A stretch of DNA of 64,000 bases from Dethiobacter sp. (GTDB lineage: Bacteria; Bacillota; Dethiobacteria; Dethiobacterales; Dethiobacteraceae). Shown in pieces: positions 59,044 to 64,000 of the stretch. Each line of letters starts with the position of its first letter. The first letter of the stretch is position 1. The stretch lies in the NCBI GenBank assembly GCA_018333455.1, contig JAGXTN010000058.1, positions 3,513-67,512 of the forward strand, in the 5' to 3' direction. Made by a program: the position numbers and the translations under genes. The notes beneath the pieces were generated by a model. It saw only the letters and a program-made list of their open reading frames with translations, made no database searches and had not been told where the DNA came from.

Positions 59044-60574
59044 GTTGGCATTGTTAAGCGTATCGGACAAGACCGGGCTGGTAGACTTTGCCAGAGGACT
59101 GGTGGAACAGGGTTTTACCGTTATTTCCACCGGCGGAACGAAAAAAGCTTTGGCTGATGCCGGAGTTCCGGTGAAAAGCGTTTCGGAGATTACCGGCTTT
59201 CCGGAAATTTTGGACGGTCGCGTCAAGACGCTTCATCCTAAAATCCACGGCGGCATTCTTGCCCGTCGTGACCTTGAGCAACACCGCCAGCAGATGGAGG
59301 AGCACGGCATTGGCTCTATCGACCTTGTGGCAGTTAACCTTTACCCGTTTGCGCAGACGGTGGCCAAGTCGGACGTAACACTGGCACAGGCCATAGAAAA
59401 CATAGATATCGGCGGCCCCACGATGGTCCGTTCCGCCGCCAAAAATTTTAAAGATGTGGCTATCGTCGTCAACCCGGCTCGCTACAATACTGTGCTGGAG
59501 GAGCTAAGGCAGCAGGGCTCCATCAGTGAGGAGACACGCTTCGCACTGGCGGTCGAAGCATTTAGCCATACTGCGGAATATGACGCCATGATTTCCGGTT
59601 GGCTTTATAAGCAGGTGAAGAGCGCACCGCTCTTTGCCGAAACGCTCGTTTTGCCATTTTGCAAGGTGCAGGACCTTCGTTACGGCGAAAACCCGCAGCA
59701 AAAGGCTGCCTTCTACCGCGAGCCAAACGCGGCGGCCGGCACGGTGGCAAACGCTAAGCAATTGCAAGGGAAAGAGCTTTCTTTCAATAATATTAACGAC
59801 TTGAATGCCGCTTGGGAGCTTGTGCAGGAATTTAGCGAGCCGGCTGCCGTGGCCGTCAAACATGCTAACCCGTGCGGCGTGGCTGTCGGCGACAGTATTT
59901 ATGCGGCTTATGAACTGGCTTATGAGGCAGACCCGGTCTCTATTTTCGGCGGAATTGTGGCGCTAAACGGCAAGCTTGATGCCAGGACGGCAGAGAAAAT
60001 GTGCGGAATCTTCCTGGAAGTGATTATTGCTCCCGAATACGAAGCAGAAGCGTTGGCAGTGCTCGCAAAAAAGAAGGATGTCCGCGTGCTGCTGGCGCCA
60101 CTCCCAAAGAAGCGGGAAGTTTTTGATGTGAAGAAAGTTTCCGGCGGCCTGCTAGTCCAGGAAGTAGATCACAATTTTATCAATGCTGCCGGCTGGGGCG
60201 CTGTGACTGATACTAAGCCGACAGTGCAACAGGTTCAGGATATGATTTTTGGCTTAAAAGTAGTAAAGCATGTTAAGTCTAATGCGATCGTTTTGGTAAA
60301 AAACGGGCAGACAGTCGGGATTGGCGCCGGCCAGATGAATCGGGTGGGTGCCGCCAAAATTGCCATAGAACAGGCGGGTAGCAAGGCGGATGGCAGCGTA
60401 CTCGCCTCGGACGCTTTCTTCCCCTTCCGTGATACGGTGGATTTGGCTCAGCAAGCAGGGGTAAAAGCTGTCGTGCAGCCGGGGGGGTCATTAAAAGACC
60501 AGGAATCTACTCAAGCATGCAATGAGCATGGCATAGCCATGATGCTGACCGGTACCCGTTACTTTAAGCATTAA
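59036..60574 (+). CDS. purH: Bifunctional AICAR transformylase / IMP cyclohydrolase PurH
   Basis: ALLSVSDKTG, VKTLHPKIHGGIL and a C-terminal RYFKH. Confidence 0.97.
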   Translation: MTKLALLSVSDKTGLVDFARGLVEQGFTVISTGGTKKALADAGVPVKSVSEITGFPEILDGRVKTLHPKIHGGILARRDLEQHRQQMEEHGIGSIDLVAVNLYPFAQTVAKSDVTLAQAIENIDIGGPTMVRSAAKNFKDVAIVVNPARYNTVLEELRQQGSISEETRFALAVEAFSHTAEYDAMISGWLYKQVKSAPLFAETLVLPFCKVQDLRYGENPQQKAAFYREPNAAAGTVANAKQLQGKELSFNNINDLNAAWELVQEFSEPAAVAVKHANPCGVAVGDSIYAAYELAYEADPVSIFGGIVALNGKLDARTAEKMCGIFLEVIIAPEYEAEALAVLAKKKDVRVLLAPLPKKREVFDVKKVSGGLLVQEVDHNFINAAGWGAVTDTKPTVQQVQDMIFGLKVVKHVKSNAIVLVKNGQTVGIGAGQMNRVGAAKIAIEQAGSKADGSVLASDAFFPFRDTVDLAQQAGVKAVVQPGGSLKDQESTQACNEHGIAMMLTGTRYFKH

Positions 60575-60590
60575 GTGCAGGAGGAAACTT

Positions 60591-61868
60591 ATGCGCGTAT
60601 TAGTAGTAGGCAGCGGCGGCCGTGAGCATGTGCTCGTCTGGAAGCTGCTGCAAAGCCCCCAAGTAAAAAAAGTGTTTTGCGCACCGGGAAACGCCGGGAT
60701 AGCTGAGCTGGCGGAATGCGTACCCATCGACATTGATCAGTTGGAAAAACTGTTGGAATTTGCCCGCGAAAATAAAGTTGACCTCACAGTCGTCGGTCCG
60801 GAAGCACCGCTTACCGCCGGCTTAGCAGACTTGTTTCTCGAGGCAGGTTTGCCTGTGTTTGGCCCAAACAGGGCGGCGGCGCAGTTGGAAGGAAGCAAAG
60901 CTTTTGCTAAACAAATTATGGAGAAATACCGGATTCCCACAGCGGAGAGCCGTATCTTTACAGCGGCAGACAGCGCCCTTGCCTATTTAAAAGAAAAGAG
61001 CGCTCCTATTGTGGTTAAAGCTGACGGACTCGCGGCGGGCAAAGGTGTAGTGGTGGCGGCGACGCCGGAGGAAGCCGCCGTTGCCGTGCGGCGGATCATG
61101 GTAGCGCGAGAGTTTGGCGAGGCGGGCAACCGGGTGCTTATTGAAGAGTTCCTAGAGGGTGAGGAAGTATCTGTGCTGGCGTTTAGCGATGGTCAGACAG
61201 TGATTCCCATGGTTTCCGCACAGGACCACAAAGCTGCCTATGACGGTGACACAGGTCCTAATACAGGCGGGATGGGGGCTTATTCGCCGGCGCCTGTTCT
61301 TAGCAGGGAACTGCTCTTGGAAGTAGAGGAGAAAATCCTGCGCCCTACCGTTGCCGGACTGGCTGCTGAAGGCATTACTTTTAAGGGGATTCTCTATGCT
61401 GGACTGATGATCACAAAAACCGGACCTAAAGTATTAGAATATAATGTGCGATTTGGTGACCCGGAGTGCCAGACGGTGCTGCCGCGATTAAAGAGTGACC
61501 TGCCTACCATTATGCTCTCTGTAATTAGCGGTCGTCTCTCTCGGCAACAGATTGAATGGCGCGACAATCACACGGCGTGTGTAGTTATGGCAGCCGGCGG
61601 TTATCCGGGGCACTACGAAAAAGGCGAAATAATCGCCGGCTTAGCGCACGCGGCGCAACTGACAGACGTTTATGTCTTCCATGCCGGCACAGCGCAAAAA
61701 GACGGCAAGATTGTTACCGCCGGAGGACGAGTTCTCGGTGTTACCGGTTGGGGCAGCAGTTTGACGGAAGCGCTGCAAAAAGCATACGGAGCTGTGGAAA
61801 AAATCTCTTTTCCGGGCGCTCATTACCGGAAAGACATCGGCAGCAAGGCTTTAAGCCGAGAGCAGTAA
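60591..61868 (+). CDS. purD: Phosphoribosylamine--glycine ligase PurD
   Basis: [13 protein letters not shown] and ATP-grasp motifs. Confidence 0.97.
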   Translation: MRVLVVGSGGREHVLVWKLLQSPQVKKVFCAPGNAGIAELAECVPIDIDQLEKLLEFARENKVDLTVVGPEAPLTAGLADLFLEAGLPVFGPNRAAAQLEGSKAFAKQIMEKYRIPTAESRIFTAADSALAYLKEKSAPIVVKADGLAAGKGVVVAATPEEAAVAVRRIMVAREFGEAGNRVLIEEFLEGEEVSVLAFSDGQTVIPMVSAQDHKAAYDGDTGPNTGGMGAYSPAPVLSRELLLEVEEKILRPTVAGLAAEGITFKGILYAGLMITKTGPKVLEYNVRFGDPECQTVLPRLKSDLPTIMLSVISGRLSRQQIEWRDNHTACVVMAAGGYPGHYEKGEIIAGLAHAAQLTDVYVFHAGTAQKDGKIVTAGGRVLGVTGWGSSLTEALQKAYGAVEKISFPGAHYRKDIGSKALSREQ

Positions 61869-61944
61869 GCATAGCCTATTAAAGCTGGTTTTTGCCCGAG
61901 TTGAGCAGGGGTAAAAGGAATGACGTGCTAAAAAAATAATGTCC

Positions 61945-61967
61945 ATTCCCCTCCCTAGGAGGGGAAT
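61945..61967. repeat. Palindromic hairpin element (10-bp stem): attcccctcc-cta-ggaggggaat
   Basis: Read directly from the sequence. A related copy lies at 62028-62044. Confidence 0.8.
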
Positions 61968-62027
61968 TGTGGTTTCTTTACTGCAATGAGGAACAGTCTG
62001 ATTGCGACCACCCCGCCCTGACGGGCA

Positions 62028-62044
62028 CCCCTCCAAAGGAGGGG
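62028..62044. repeat. Palindromic hairpin element (7-bp stem): cccctcc-aaa-ggagggg
   Basis: Read directly from the sequence. Followed by aatg, like copy 1. Confidence 0.75.
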
Positions 62045-62157
62045 AATGTATGTAGTGTCAAAACAAGTTATCAAGGATACAACTTGGTGACTTGTTGCTA
62101 TATAGCGTTCTCTCCACGGTTAGGGGAATCCAAGTTATTTCTAAGGAGGGATTGTAG

Positions 62158-63009
62158 GTGATAAAAGTTAATAATCTGCGTTATAAGTATCAGAAAAGCA
62201 AAGACTATACCGTCAACGGAATTGATTTTCAGATCAATGAAGGCGAAATATTTGGGTTCCTCGGACCGTCTGGTGCAGGGAAAAGCACCACCCAAAAGGT
62301 GCTGATCAAGCTCTTGCGCGGCTTTGAAGGGGAGATTGAATATCAAGGAAAACCTCTGAACAGCTACGATGACCAATTTTACCAGGATATCGGCGTGAGC
62401 TTCGAGATGCCGATCTCTTTTTCCAAGCTGACAGCGCTGGAAAATCTCGAGTTTTTTCAGAGGCTTTACAAGAAAACCGTAGATCTGGCGCCGCTTTTAA
62501 AACGAGTCGGTCTGTGGGACGATCGCCATAAAAAAGCCGGCGAATACTCCAAGGGAATGAAGATACGGCTGAATTTCATCCGGGCGCTCATAAATGATCC
62601 CATGTTTTTATTTCTCGACGAGCCGACCAACGGTGTTGATCCGGCCAACTCCCGCATCATGAAGGATATGATCCTTGAGTTTAAACAAAAGGGCGGCACT
62701 GTATTTTTAACCAGCCATATCATGGGCGATGTCGATGAGCTTTGTGACCGGGTAGCTTTTATTGCCGAGGGCAAGCTGCGCGAAGAGGGGTCGCCGCGCG
62801 ATCTCAAATTAAAGTACGGCCGGCGCACCGTCACGATGGAGTATCGTGAAAACGGCGAGCTACATACCCGGATCTTTACGATGGAGGAGATTAAATCTCC
62901 GGCATTTTTTAAACTCCTGCAGGAAAAGGAGATTGAGACGTTGCACAGCGGCGAGACCACTCTCGAAGAGATTTTCATCAAAGTAACGGGGGTGAAGTTG
63001 CGTGCCTAA
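62158..63009 (+). CDS. ABC transporter ATP-binding protein (ABC-2 exporter type)
   Basis: Walker A GPSGAGKST, signature YSKGMKIRL, Walker B FLFLDEPT. GTG start after AAGGAGGG. Confidence 0.92.
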   Translation: MIKVNNLRYKYQKSKDYTVNGIDFQINEGEIFGFLGPSGAGKSTTQKVLIKLLRGFEGEIEYQGKPLNSYDDQFYQDIGVSFEMPISFSKLTALENLEFFQRLYKKTVDLAPLLKRVGLWDDRHKKAGEYSKGMKIRLNFIRALINDPMFLFLDEPTNGVDPANSRIMKDMILEFKQKGGTVFLTSHIMGDVDELCDRVAFIAEGKLREEGSPRDLKLKYGRRTVTMEYRENGELHTRIFTMEEIKSPAFFKLLQEKEIETLHSGETTLEEIFIKVTGVKLRA

Positions 63010-63727
63010 CCTCAGAGCGCTAATCCAAGGTGAGTTCATCCGGTTAAATAAATACAACCTTTTTGCGGCGAATTTTGTTGTCCTGCTGTTCTGGGTGTTT
63101 CTGGTCTGGTTTTTGGAAGGCGATGTGCTGCGGCAGTTTATTCCTGTTATATTTCTCATGGATAGTGTCATGATGACCATCCTGCTGGTTGGAGCCACTC
63201 TTTTTTATGAAAAAAAGGAGCATACCATAAACTCAGTCATGGTTACTCCGGTCACCGAAAACGAGTATCTGCTATCGAAAATTTTAGTCAACGCGCTAAA
63301 CTCACTGATCACGGTCGCCTTTATCTCGCTAGCTGTTTACTTGATCAAGGGAGTTACTTACAATTATTGGCTGCTGGTCCCGGCCGTGCTACTAGTTACC
63401 GTTGTTCATACCTTGATCGGCATACGGCTCTCTTATAGCGCGAAAGATTTTACTTCGCTACTGATCAATTATATGATTTACGTATTTGTGTTCGTGCTCC
63501 CGCCTGTATTTGCGCAGTTTGGTTTGATTGACGCATCCGTAGCCAGGTTTTTTATCCTGCTGCCTCCGGAGGCATCGAGTATCCTGATTGCCTCTGGTTT
63601 TGCCGACGTCGAGTTATGGAAAATCCTGTTTAGTTATGGCTACCTTACCCTGCTCTCCATGCTCATGTATTGGTTCTCAGTAAAACCAATGTTCAACGAG
63701 TACATGATGAAAGAGATGGGGGTGTGA
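63002..63727 (+). CDS. ABC-2-type exporter permease
   Basis: Six hydrophobic segments. Translationally coupled to the ATPase gene by an 8-nt overlap. Confidence 0.8.
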   Translation: MPNLRALIQGEFIRLNKYNLFAANFVVLLFWVFLVWFLEGDVLRQFIPVIFLMDSVMMTILLVGATLFYEKKEHTINSVMVTPVTENEYLLSKILVNALNSLITVAFISLAVYLIKGVTYNYWLLVPAVLLVTVVHTLIGIRLSYSAKDFTSLLINYMIYVFVFVLPPVFAQFGLIDASVARFFILLPPEASSILIASGFADVELWKILFSYGYLTLLSMLMYWFSVKPMFNEYMMKEMGV

Positions 63728-63729
63728 GT

Positions 63730-64000
63730 GTGAGCCTGCTTTTGGCTTGGTATAAATTTGAACTGAAAAACCTGCTGCGCAACAAGATGACGGTAGTGAT
63801 GATTTTTTACCCGCTTATTCTCGGCTGGTTAGGCAGGCATTTGATCGTCAATAACCTCGTACCGGATGAAGCCTTAGCTCTCACCGCCATGCTGATGACA
63901 GTATTAGTCGGCTTTGCCTACGGCGCGATGGCCGGTTTTTCGCTGCTGGACGACCGCGATGACCAGGTGCTTCTCTCAATCCAGATCTCCCCTGTGCCGC
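63730..64000 (+). CDS. Second ABC-2 permease, 5' part only (runs off the window)
   Basis: A GTG at 63730 opens a frame reading VSLLLAWYKFELKNLLRNKMTVVMIFYPLILGWLG... to the window end. Not in the track because it is open-ended. Confidence 0.65.
   Translation, partial: MSLLLAWYKFELKNLLRNKMTVVMIFYPLILGWLGRHLIVNNLVPDEALALTAMLMTVLVGFAYGAMAGFSLLDDRDDQVLLSIQISPVP

Noticed and set aside
61851-62161. Short ORFs (61851..62036 on the - strand, 61967..62161 on the + strand) between purD and the ABC transporter
   Set aside because: They span the palindromic hairpin elements, lack RBSs, and have implausible Cys/Pro-rich compositions.

Overview
This window is chromosomal DNA from an endospore-forming Firmicute, roughly 50% GC. 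I cannot assign the taxon by eye. Nearly all genes are core housekeeping genes on the + strand.

Gene order:
- A partial pstS-like gene on the - strand at the left edge.
- A complete dcw cell-wall and division cluster: mraZ, rsmH, ftsL, a class B PBP, murE, murF, mraY, murD, ftsW/spoVE, murG, murB, murA, ftsQ, ftsA, ftsZ.
- spoIIGA, sigE and sigG.
- A 1.2 kb non-coding island.
- The ylm division cluster (ylmC, pgeF, yggS, sepF, yggT, ylmH, divIVA), with an nrdR-nrdD-nrdG operon sitting between ylmC and pgeF.
- ileS behind a short terminator-containing leader.
- A molybdenum-cofactor gene set, then groES-groEL with a perfect CIRCE operator.
- An [FeFe]-hydrogenase locus, an orphan trpB2 on the - strand, and guaA.
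- A small RelE-type toxin/antitoxin pair.
- A guanine riboswitch followed by a purine permease and a contiguous purKEBCSQLFMNHD operon.
- The start of an ABC-2 exporter.

I found no rRNA, tRNA, CRISPR array, transposase or prophage genes, and no obvious multi-gene novel system.

The observations most worth a second look:
1. A 525-codon LAGLIDADG intein in nrdD that carries an extra unassigned module.
2. The repeat- and duplication-rich non-coding island between sigG and ylmC.
3. A GC-rich palindromic repeat family scattered through intergenic regions.
4. A hydrogenase locus that looks degenerate or re-purposed: a truncated HydC-like gene, no HydB, and an H-cluster ligand Cys replaced by Ser.
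5. An ileS leader too short to be a canonical T-box.

All calls are by-eye motif recognition. No searches were run.
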